This document shows positions 34,431-43,445 of a stretch of 64,000 nucleotides of DNA, piece by piece (positions within the stretch are counted from its first letter, which is position 1; the number at the start of each line of letters is the position of its first letter). The stretch covers positions 800,001 to 864,000 of the forward strand of contig CAWJYV010000007.1 of assembly GCA_963847185.1 (NCBI GenBank). Direction: 5' to 3'. The position numbers were made by a program, and so were the translations under genes. The notes beneath the pieces were generated by a model. That model was not told the DNA's origin. It did not search any database and saw only the letters and a list, made by a program, of their open reading frames with translations. This DNA comes from an uncultured Methanosarcinaceae archaeon. Lineage in GTDB: Archaea; Halobacteriota; Methanosarcinia; Methanosarcinales; Methanosarcinaceae.

Positions 34431-34769
34431 GTGAATCTTGTGAAGATAAAACACATAATAGCTTTATGCCTTGTTCTCATTCTCGTATTACCGTCTACGG
34501 CACTTGCAGCCACAAAACCAAACGCGAGCTTCAAACCAAGTGTAACATCCGGTTATGCTCCGCTGAAGGTAACATTTACGTATACCGGAGGCAGTACAGC
34601 AGGTGTCATATCACATAAGTGGACCTACGGTGATGGAGCTACTTGCCAAACATGCTGGCATCCAACGCACAAATATACTAAACCCGGAAAATACAAGGCT
34701 ACTTTAACTGTGAGGACTGCTACAGGAAGCAATACAAAAACATGCTACATAATCGTAAAAAAGAGGTAA
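34431..34769 (+). CDS. Small secreted single-PKD-domain protein
   Basis: Signal peptide; SGYAPLKVTF, WTYGDG, HKYTKPGKY. Confidence 0.85.
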   Translation: MNLVKIKHIIALCLVLILVLPSTALAATKPNASFKPSVTSGYAPLKVTFTYTGGSTAGVISHKWTYGDGATCQTCWHPTHKYTKPGKYKATLTVRTATGSNTKTCYIIVKKR

Positions 34770-35031
34770 ATACTTAGGTGGTTCTCTACCACCAGGCTTT
34801 TTTGTAAATTGCTCTTGGATTGACGAAATCTTTCGATATTTCATTTAGTCTTATGATGCCGATTTCATAAATGACATCAGAGTTTATCTAACAGGAATTA
34901 AAAATTAAGAATAGATAAGAGGACTAAACCTCTTATCATCATTTTTCGTCTAAAGTTTTGAGATTTATTTTTATTCCAGCTTTGATTCTGCTTTTAATTT
35001 TGTTCTTGATTTTTCTTTTAATTCTACTTTT

Positions 35032-37293
35032 TTATTTTTCTTGTATTCTTTTGAATAACGATAAGCAAAGGACACAGGCCACTATAGATTCAACTTCGAA
35101 GCCTGGCGCACTTTGGCTTTCTTTCTGTTTTTCCTGTCCACCTTCCAGTTCTGCACTGGTAGTATTATTTTTATTAATTGCTCCAGTTTCTGATTCAGGC
35201 TGCATTCCTGTTGTAATTTCGTCAGAATTTTTTTCTGTTCCTGTTATTGCAAAGGAGGAATATCCAGACACATTGGCTGTGAAATACAGGAACTTTTCGT
35301 CTTCCCCTGAGCAGTTAACCGGAAACTGTTCCCATTTTTCCCCATTATACCAGTTCAAGGTTATTGAAGCCGGATCTATACTTTTATTCTGCAGCCATGA
35401 CTTTTCAACTTTGAAGCATACTACCGGGTTTTCGATATTTTTCGAGCTTGCAACTCCCCCGTTTCCGACCCATACATTGAAAGATTTATAGACCTCTCCG
35501 GCAGGCAGTTCTGAAACCAGAGTTGATGTTCCTTTCAGCATTTCGGCAATAGCTGTTGTTTTTCCCAAAGTTTTCTTTGCATCGAAACTCACATACACGA
35601 CACAGGTTACGTTCTTTGTGAAATTAAACTCTGTCTTTTTACCGCTTGTAATGAAAACCTGTGAAAGCTCTTTCACTTCAACATTCTTTGCAGGTTCGGG
35701 AGAGCCGCCTGCACCTCCACTACTTCCTCCACTGCTGTGGCTGCTTCCTCCATTGGAATCACTTCCGTCGCTGGAACTGCTTTCCTTAACAGTTATTATT
35801 GCAGTGTTTGAGGTGGTGCCATTTGCATTACTTACTTTCAGATTGACAGTATAGGTCCCTGGAGCCGTATATACATAAACCGGATTCGTATCTACGGAAT
35901 CAGCTTGTCCGTCGTTGTTGAAGTCCCAGATTCTTGATATTCCTTTTTGGGAATAATCATAAAACTGTACTGTCAGAGGGGCATAGCCCTCAGTAGTATT
36001 GCTACCAAAATTTGCAATCGGAACATTTGGATCTGCAACGGCAGGATCTGTAACGATTATGTAATTTCCTTTCATCACTGTAGCGTTATTTGTAGCACTT
36101 TTCATAGTTAGACTGACATTGTAATTTCCTGGCTTTGTAAATGTGTGTGTTGCGTTCATGGCATGTTCTGAAGTTATGCCATCGCCGAAGTCCCAGAGCC
36201 AGGAAGCGGGTGCTAATCCAGTACTCGTGTCAGTAAATAACACAACTAAAGGTGCTGCGCCGGAAGTCACATTAGCAGAAAAATCTGCTGCTGGTATGGT
36301 GGATTCGGCTGCAAGGTCATACACATAGATGCCTTTATCGCTAGTACCAGACCCAAAGGTGGTGTCGAAGCCCCAAACAACTATGTTCCCATACACGTCT
36401 GGTGTCGTATAAACTTCTCTCGGATTATTATATATTGGTGTACTTTGTCCGGTGGGAATATCGTATACATACACACCTGCGTAGCCAAACTGGTCATCGC
36501 CAGACTTTGAATAAACGATTTTGTCTCCATTTATATCTATGTGCGTCCCGGTATCATCGCCAGCATCAACGGCGTCAGGTATTAGGGTATTACCTGTATT
36601 GTCACTGGTGACATCTATAGTTTCTTTTGTATCGATGTTATACATCGAAATGTATCCCATTCTGGTGTAGAAATCCGACCAAATAACTTTGTTACCATAA
36701 ATGTGTGGTCGGTAAAGATTACCGTCACGATGTCGGGCTAATATAGTCTCATTAGTGAGAATATCGTATACATAGATACCTTCCGCGTCAATACCGTCAT
36801 AAGAATATGCTATCTTGGTATCGTATATGTCTGGGTCCGTACCATCTGTCACTCTAGTCTGTGTGGATGTAGATATGTCCCGCATATATACTCCACCGTT
36901 TGCACTCCACACAATTCTGTTGCCGTAAATAGCAGGTTTGCTCCAGCTGTCCACATCCTTTGTTATATACGTTTTTGCGGCAGTTGATATGTCATATACA
37001 GCAAGCCTTGGTGTTCCACTGCTGTTGTCATGCCATACTAAAATGTTTCTGTAAATGTCTGGATTGGATGCTGCAGAAGAGTCAACTATAGTGTCTGTTC
37101 TGGCAGTCAGGTCATAAACGTGAATAACACCGCTATCTGCCCACACCACTTTGTTACCATAGACAGCAGGATCAGATCCATTACCAACTTTAGTCACCTG
37201 TGCAGCTGACGCTGCTGAGGCTAAAATCAAAAATACAAAAACTAGGAGTGATAAAGCTAAAGCTGTTGAATATAGCTTCCCCTTATTTTTCAT
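35032..37293 (-). CDS. Cell-surface protein: beta-propeller + 2 PKD + PGF-pre-PGF + PGF-CTERM
   Basis: PxIYGNxIVW repeats, WDFGDG, GGAGGSPEPAKNVEVKE, APGF + TM + basic tail. Confidence 0.92.
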   Translation of the reverse strand: MKNKGKLYSTALALSLLVFVFLILASAASAAQVTKVGNGSDPAVYGNKVVWADSGVIHVYDLTARTDTIVDSSAASNPDIYRNILVWHDNSSGTPRLAVYDISTAAKTYITKDVDSWSKPAIYGNRIVWSANGGVYMRDISTSTQTRVTDGTDPDIYDTKIAYSYDGIDAEGIYVYDILTNETILARHRDGNLYRPHIYGNKVIWSDFYTRMGYISMYNIDTKETIDVTSDNTGNTLIPDAVDAGDDTGTHIDINGDKIVYSKSGDDQFGYAGVYVYDIPTGQSTPIYNNPREVYTTPDVYGNIVVWGFDTTFGSGTSDKGIYVYDLAAESTIPAADFSANVTSGAAPLVVLFTDTSTGLAPASWLWDFGDGITSEHAMNATHTFTKPGNYNVSLTMKSATNNATVMKGNYIIVTDPAVADPNVPIANFGSNTTEGYAPLTVQFYDYSQKGISRIWDFNNDGQADSVDTNPVYVYTAPGTYTVNLKVSNANGTTSNTAIITVKESSSSDGSDSNGGSSHSSGGSSGGAGGSPEPAKNVEVKELSQVFITSGKKTEFNFTKNVTCVVYVSFDAKKTLGKTTAIAEMLKGTSTLVSELPAGEVYKSFNVWVGNGGVASSKNIENPVVCFKVEKSWLQNKSIDPASITLNWYNGEKWEQFPVNCSGEDEKFLYFTANVSGYSSFAITGTEKNSDEITTGMQPESETGAINKNNTTSAELEGGQEKQKESQSAPGFEVESIVACVLCLSLFKRIQEK

Positions 37294-37832
37294 TTCTTTC
37301 TCCCCGAATAATTTCTATCTTTCAAAGATAGTTCAGTTTATATAATCTGCATATTTTTTCTTTCGATTTTCCACTATAAACTCAAACTAATAAAGTTAAG
37401 TGTGATTATATTTATATGTTTATGTTTTAAATATAAAATTATTGTCGTAGTTAATGGACAAAGGGCGCATATTACTGAGAACTTTCTTTTTTCAAATTCG
37501 CTCCTTTCTTTTTATATTGATTGTTTTTCTCCAAAGATTCATTTAAGCAGATATGTTATTTTCCGAAATTTTGGAGATGCTTTTTCTTTTTAATACAAAA
37601 TTAATATTTTTAGGACTCTTGATTGGGTTTCTCATTGATTCCTATTCCTAACTTGTGCAGAGTTGTGGAATCTTAATTTTTTGTGTTATGTATACATCTG
37701 GCGAGTAACTTAACCAAATATCCATAAAATATAGAAAAATATTAGTATTCATCATGAGTCTTTAACTTTAATTGTAATGATATATTCGATTTTATAAAAG
37801 AGAAAAAACTCAATCTCAAAGGGTAAAAACAT

Positions 37833-40586
37833 ATGAGTAATAATCAGACTCCGGAGCAGAAGGCCAGAAATGATATTGATAGAAAGCTAAAAGATGCTGG
37901 CTGGGTAGTTCAGGAAAAAAGCAAGATTAAGTGGAATGCTTCCAGGGGAATTGCTGTTAAGGAGTATTTGACTGACGTGGGGCCTGCTGATTATGTATTA
38001 TTTGTTGATAAAAAGCCCGCTGGGATTATTGAGGCGAAAAGAGATGAAGAGGGTCACCGGTTAACCGTTGTTGAGGAACAATCTTCCGAATATGCTGCAA
38101 GCAAACTAAAGTACCTTAATAATGACCAGCTTCCTTTTGTTTACGAGAGTACAGGGGAACTTACCCGATTCACAGACTTTCGTGACCCTAAACCAAGGTC
38201 AAGAACCGTTTTTTCTTTTCTCCGGCCTGAGACCTTTGACGACTATCTTAATAAGAGACCTTTGAGAGAAAGGCTACTGGAAATTCCTGAATTAAGGACA
38301 GAAGGGCTGCGGGACTGCCAGATAACAGCAATTTCAAATCTTGAAAAATCCTTTCAGGACAACCGCCCGAGGGCTCTGGTCCAGATGGCAACAGGTTCAG
38401 GGAAAACCTATACTGCCATAACCTTTATCTATAGATTGCTGAAATTTGCGGATGCTAAAAAGGTGCTGTTCCTTGTTGATACTAAAAATCTTGGTGAGCA
38501 GGCAGAACAGGAATTCATGGCTTACGTACCAAATGATGATAACCGCAAATTTACCGAGCTGTACAATGTGCAGCGCTTGCGCTCAAGTTATATCTCTTCA
38601 GACAGCCAGGTGTGCATTTCAACAATCCAGCGGCTTTACTCTATATTGAAAGGCGAAGAGCTGGACGAGAAAGTTGAAGAAGAAAACCCTGCTGAAAGAG
38701 GCTGGCAGCCAAAGGAGCCTCTTCCTGTCGTATATAATGAAAAGGTTCCCATCGAAGAGTTTGATTTTGTTGTCATAGACGAGTGCCATCGCTCCATATA
38801 CAACCTGTGGCAGCAGGTACTTGATTATTTTGACGCGTTTTTGATAGGCCTGACAGCCACGCCGGACAAACGTACTTTCGGGTTTTTCAATGAAAACGTG
38901 GTGAGTGAGTACAGTCATGAAGATGCTGTGGCAGATGGCGTGAATGTGGGTTATGATGTGTACATGATCGAAACAGATATCAGCAAAAATGGGGGAAAGA
39001 TACCTGCTTACGAATATGTAGACAGGCGGGAGAAACTCACCCGTAAAAAGCGCTGGGAACAGCTGGACGAGGATTTCACCTATACTGCTAAAAAGCTGGA
39101 CGGGGACGTGGTCAATCCCAGCCAGATAAGACATGTGATACGAACATTTAAGGATAATCTGCCTGAGATCTTCCCTGGCAGAGAGGAAGTCCCAAAAACC
39201 CTGATTTTTGCCAAGAGCGACAGCCATGCCGATGATATTATCAATATATTGCGGGAAGAGTTTGGAGAAGGCAATGCTTTTTGCAAGAAAGTGACCTACA
39301 AAGCGGAAGAAGACCCAAAATCAGTGTTGTCAGCTTTTCGCAATGATTACAATCCCAGGATAGCAGTTACAGTGGACATGATTGCTACGGGTACGGATGT
39401 CAAGCCTCTGGAATGCCTGCTCTTTATGAGGGACGTCAAAAGCCTGAATTATTTTGAGCAAATGAAGGGCCGGGGTACGCGAACCCTGGGATATGATGAC
39501 CTGAAAAAGGTGACAAAATCGGCTGTTTCTGCCAAAACGCATTTTGTAATCGTAGACGCCGTTGGCGTTACAAAAACCCTGAAAACAGACAGCCGGCCTC
39601 TGGAACGCAAGAAAAGTACGTCTCTTAAAGACCTGCTTGCAGCAGTAACTTTTGGCGCTCAGGATGAAGATCTTTACGTTTCCCTGGCAAACAGGCTTGC
39701 AAGGCTGGGCAGGCAGATAAGTGAGGACGAAAGAGTTACTTTTGCCGAAAAAGCGAATGGAAAAACCCTCAATCAGACCGTGAAGGACCTTCTCAATGCA
39801 TATAACCCTGATATCATCGATCTCAAAGCTTCCGAGATTAAACAGAGGCAGCCGGAAATTCAGGAAGCCGATGCAAAGAAAAAAGCGCAGGAGAATTTGA
39901 TTGATATTGCCAGATCCACTTTTTCCGGCGAGCTGAACGAATATATTGAAAACGTTCGCAGGGTCCATGAGCAGATAATCGATACCGTGAACACTGACAC
40001 CCTTCTAAGAGCCGAATGGGACAAAGACGCTGTAGTAAGGGCAGATGAGCTAATCAGCGACTTTAAGGCATATCTGGAAGCTAACAAAGACGAGATTACA
40101 GCCCTGAGAATTTTCTATAACCAGCCCTACCAGCGTAGGGAAGTTACTTTCACAATGATAAAAGAAGTGCTGGCTAAACTGAAGCTGGAAAAGCCCCATT
40201 TTGCCCCCTTCAGGATCTGGCAGGCTTACGAGCAGCTGGAAAACGTGAACGGAAATTCTCCGAAAAATGAACTTACAGCTCTGGTTTCCCTGATCCGCAG
40301 GATTACCGAAATTGACCCTGTGCTAACAGCCTACGACCAGACCGTAAACAGGAACTTCCAGGACTGGGTGTTCAAAAAACAGGCAGGAACCCTGAAATTC
40401 AGCGAAGACCAGATGAACTGGCTCCGTATGATTAAAGAATATGTAGCAACCAGCTTCCATCTGGAAATAGACGACCTTGATTATACTCCCTTTGATGCTT
40501 TCGGCGGGCGCGGCAGGATGTATCAGCTTTTCGGAGACGAGATGAATATGGTTATCAGTGAATTGAATGATGTTCTGGCGGCTTAA
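37833..40586 (+). CDS. hsdR: Type I restriction enzyme R subunit (EcoAI/EcoEI-like)
   Basis: ADYVLF...IEAK nuclease motif, MATGSGKT, DECH, TATP, QMKGRGTR helicase motifs. Confidence 0.93.
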   Translation: MSNNQTPEQKARNDIDRKLKDAGWVVQEKSKIKWNASRGIAVKEYLTDVGPADYVLFVDKKPAGIIEAKRDEEGHRLTVVEEQSSEYAASKLKYLNNDQLPFVYESTGELTRFTDFRDPKPRSRTVFSFLRPETFDDYLNKRPLRERLLEIPELRTEGLRDCQITAISNLEKSFQDNRPRALVQMATGSGKTYTAITFIYRLLKFADAKKVLFLVDTKNLGEQAEQEFMAYVPNDDNRKFTELYNVQRLRSSYISSDSQVCISTIQRLYSILKGEELDEKVEEENPAERGWQPKEPLPVVYNEKVPIEEFDFVVIDECHRSIYNLWQQVLDYFDAFLIGLTATPDKRTFGFFNENVVSEYSHEDAVADGVNVGYDVYMIETDISKNGGKIPAYEYVDRREKLTRKKRWEQLDEDFTYTAKKLDGDVVNPSQIRHVIRTFKDNLPEIFPGREEVPKTLIFAKSDSHADDIINILREEFGEGNAFCKKVTYKAEEDPKSVLSAFRNDYNPRIAVTVDMIATGTDVKPLECLLFMRDVKSLNYFEQMKGRGTRTLGYDDLKKVTKSAVSAKTHFVIVDAVGVTKTLKTDSRPLERKKSTSLKDLLAAVTFGAQDEDLYVSLANRLARLGRQISEDERVTFAEKANGKTLNQTVKDLLNAYNPDIIDLKASEIKQRQPEIQEADAKKKAQENLIDIARSTFSGELNEYIENVRRVHEQIIDTVNTDTLLRAEWDKDAVVRADELISDFKAYLEANKDEITALRIFYNQPYQRREVTFTMIKEVLAKLKLEKPHFAPFRIWQAYEQLENVNGNSPKNELTALVSLIRRITEIDPVLTAYDQTVNRNFQDWVFKKQAGTLKFSEDQMNWLRMIKEYVATSFHLEIDDLDYTPFDAFGGRGRMYQLFGDEMNMVISELNDVLAA

Positions 40587-40616
40587 ATTCAATTTTTTCA
40601 GTAGAACATCCTGATA

Positions 40617-42053
40617 TTAAACGAAATGATAACCTCCGTCACTATATCTTACCAGAGTTGCATTTAGGTTATCGTCCAGCATAAGATTCTGGTTATTAAT
40701 AGAAACGCAAACGTCCATGTGAGTTCCATAAGTACGTTCAAATGAAGTTCTAACGAATGTGCAGTTAGTTAAATTTATCTGTGGAAAATCTTGATAATTT
40801 CTTGAATAGTGCTTATAGGTTCCATTCCTGAGAAATGCTATTTTTTCAACCACAGGTGTGTTAATTAGTTCCTCTCCAGTATCATCAATTGCAAAGAGAC
40901 TGTATGTATATGAGTCGCTATTTTTTACTGGAAGTGTTGTTATGTTTATTTCAGGTTTGACTTCTAATGCATAGACAATTTTGGTCCATCTGATGCCATT
41001 GAGAGAGGAGGGAGAAGATCTCATCATGTTTTCCGAATCTGCTTTATTGAGGAATTCAAATACACTTCTGTTTACCCACTTGCAAAAAGATGGAGCACCA
41101 TCACGGTTTAAGTCATATGTTTCTTCTGAATAGCCAAAAGCCGTTGCGTAATTGAAGCGTTCTGCCAGTCTTAAAGCTTCAATACTTTTTTCGAAAGAGG
41201 CTGAAGAAACAGGAGTTCCTTTATACATCAGTGAAAATGATTCATTGTACAGCGAATTAACCTGAAAAACCGCAGATCTGTTTATGGTTTGTCCGGGAGA
41301 TAGAGTCGTACTTTCAATTTTGTTTTCTTCTTTGAGGCTTGAAAGCACCTCCAGATGTGATCTTTCATAAAAACCGTAAGGATCCAGATTTGTAGTATTA
41401 AATATATGGTCCCCATCACGCAAATGAAGTTCATTTAATTTAAAATCGAGGTCCTTTGAACCATTATTCTTTATTGAAAGACCATATACCACGTAATACC
41501 TTTCATTGAGATTATATCCGAGTTTGCTTTCTGCGGGGTCCCCAGCACCACTGTATTCTTTAACTCTGTATATGCAAAGCTTGCCATTTTCCTTTTTTAC
41601 TTTTAATTGGATATCATTGGGGGTTATTAAAGCAGTTTTTCTATTGTCTGCAAGTTTTAGTTCCAGAGAATTGTTGTGCGTAAAAACACGGATAGTATTA
41701 TTGTCATAGGTTTTAATTATCTGTGCATTACTTACCCAATCAATTCCCAGATCATTCATGAGGTATTCGCTGAGGTTGTTACTTTCGTTACCTGGAACAT
41801 TATCCCAGCTAAACAGGTATCTTAATACATTTTCCGAATTATCATGCATATAAATGCTTGAAAAGGATGTCACTTCGATTTCAGGGATATTTTCCTCTTC
41901 ATATGATAGGCTTTCAGATGACAGGTTTTCTGGTGTTATATTTACTGAATCTTGATACGTTGATTTATTTGATTGTACGGCATTCTTTTCTTCAATGCAT
42001 CCGCTAAAAATAAGAAATATTATCAGAACAAATAATAGCATTCGCAATCCCAA
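40617..42053 (-). CDS. Hypothetical lipoprotein (DUF4352-like Ig fold region)
   Basis: Lipobox FSGC after a hydrophobic stretch; LSIKNNG...TLSPGQT...VFQV. Confidence 0.75.
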   Translation of the reverse strand: MGLRMLLFVLIIFLIFSGCIEEKNAVQSNKSTYQDSVNITPENLSSESLSYEEENIPEIEVTSFSSIYMHDNSENVLRYLFSWDNVPGNESNNLSEYLMNDLGIDWVSNAQIIKTYDNNTIRVFTHNNSLELKLADNRKTALITPNDIQLKVKKENGKLCIYRVKEYSGAGDPAESKLGYNLNERYYVVYGLSIKNNGSKDLDFKLNELHLRDGDHIFNTTNLDPYGFYERSHLEVLSSLKEENKIESTTLSPGQTINRSAVFQVNSLYNESFSLMYKGTPVSSASFEKSIEALRLAERFNYATAFGYSEETYDLNRDGAPSFCKWVNRSVFEFLNKADSENMMRSSPSSLNGIRWTKIVYALEVKPEINITTLPVKNSDSYTYSLFAIDDTGEELINTPVVEKIAFLRNGTYKHYSRNYQDFPQINLTNCTFVRTSFERTYGTHMDVCVSINNQNLMLDDNLNATLVRYSDGGYHFV

Positions 42054-42264
42054 TCATCCCTGCTTAATTCCAATGTTACGATATTCCCGAGATGTTTTTC
42101 TTCGTTTGCGACTCTAATATAGCATAATATAGCATATATGCCTTTATACAGTTCAAACTTTTGATTTAATCCCTGAAACATTGATCAAGAGAGTATATAA
42201 CTGACAATTTACAGGCAGAATTGGCAAAAAAACGAACTGAATTTATTACTCTCGATAATAATAG

Positions 42265-42280
42265 CGCCAGTCTTATATAC
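42265..42280 (+). promoter_or_regulatory. Putative BRE/TATA promoter of RNA array 1
   Basis: CGCCAGTCTTATATA about 30 nt before the terminal stem; conserved at the same spacing before array 2. Confidence 0.55.
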
Positions 42281-42302
42281 AGGAACTTACATATTATATA
42301 TT

Positions 42303-42869
42303 GTTCACAAGGAACTAAGCTGTAAAATGAAGCAAATTCAGGATAGCGTAAAACCTGATCCCGCAATGAACTTCATTGACGTACAAGCTTAAAATGAAGC
42401 AAATGCAGGACGGCTTGAAAACCGATCTCGAAATATACTTCATTGACGTACGAGCTTAAAATGGAGCAAATGCAGGACAGCCTGAAAACTGATCCCGAAC
42501 TCTACTCATTGACGCGTAAGCTATAAGGTGGAGCAAATTCAGGACGGCTTGAAAACCGATCCTATACTATACTTCACTGATGCTTTACTGCGAGATGGAG
42601 CAAATTCAGGACAGTCTGAAAGCTGACCCCGCAATGAACTTCATTGACGTGCGAGCTTGAAATGAAGCAAATTCAGGACAGAGTAAAATCTGATCCCGTA
42701 ATATACTTCATTGAAGTGTAAGCTGTAAAATGAGGCAAATTCAGGACGGTTTGAAAACCGATCTCGCAATCTACTTCATTGACGTACTAACTTAAAATGA
42801 AGCAGATTCAAGACAGGTTAAATTCTTACCCGCAATAAACTTCATTGTTGCAGACCAAGCCTTGTGAAC
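42303..42869 (+). ncRNA. Putative modular structured ncRNA, array 1 (8 x 67-nt hairpin units)
   Basis: Unit starts 42327, 42394, 42461, 42528, 42595, 42662, 42730, 42797; compensatory changes in two stems; terminal stem GTTCACAAGG/CCTTGTGAAC. The repeat is certain; transcription is inferred. Confidence 0.65.
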
Positions 42870-43150
42870 CCTTATTCACTCTTTTAATCAAAGTTAAAGC
42901 GTATAAATCTAGTTTCTCTTCCTTTATTGTTTTCTTATCTTTTCTTTTTTAATGGACACATTGATCTCGATGGTTACATGGCCTGCGAGAGGGTTTTTAT
43001 CTGAAATCAACACATTCTTTTGATTTTAATCCTATTTAGGACGATATTCAAGCTTATATGCTAAAAGAGAAACTTAGCGGCATTATTATAGCATATAAAG
43101 GTATTTGGAGCCTCTTTAGAAGGATGAAATTTAGTGAAATACTTAGATTG

Positions 43151-43301
43151 TCAGAATAAATATTAACATTCACAATCCCAATCATCCCCGGTTAATTTTC
43201 AGTGCTACAATGTTTTCGAGACTCTTTTTCTTCGTTTGTGACTCTAATACATGCATATATGCCTTTATCAGTTTAAATTTTTGATTAAATCGCTGAAAGA
43301 C
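43151..43301 (-). pseudogene. Decayed copy of the 5' end and upstream region of the lipoprotein gene
   Basis: Aligns by eye with 42023-42180 (TCAGAAYAAATA...CAATCCCAATCATCCC...TTTTTCTTCGTTTG); stop codons in frame. Confidence 0.55.
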
Positions 43302-43445
43302 ACAAGTAGACAATTATTTAATCAACTGACATCTTAAAAGTACTCCAAAATTGATAGTAAAGGTTCGGAGAAAGGTTCGGAGAAAAGTGCGGGGGAAGGC
43401 TCGGAGAAAAAAAAGGAGAAAATTTGGGCGATGGTTGGGAGAAAA

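Noticed and set aside
38619-39968. Long antisense ORFs (202 aa, 212 aa) in hsdR, and similar shadow ORFs elsewhere (e.g. 4632-5258, 61929-62429)
   Set aside because: They overlap well-supported genes on the opposite strand and show no recognisable motifs
42303-42869. CRISPR array
   Set aside because: Units are homologous over their whole length with no unique spacers, and there are no cas genes in the window
42303-42869. TIGR/box C-D guide array, type III ToxI antitoxin or c-di-GMP-I riboswitch
   Set aside because: The 67-nt period and lack of canonical RTGATGA boxes or variable guide segments do not fit; there is no Nop-domain Tas or ToxN/CptN gene downstream; the GEMM resemblance (GCAAA...GAAA) is only superficial
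42303-42869. Integron attC sites
   Set aside because: Ends are GTT...AAC (opposite to the RYYYAAC...GTTRRRY arrangement), there are no cassettes between units and no integrase in the window
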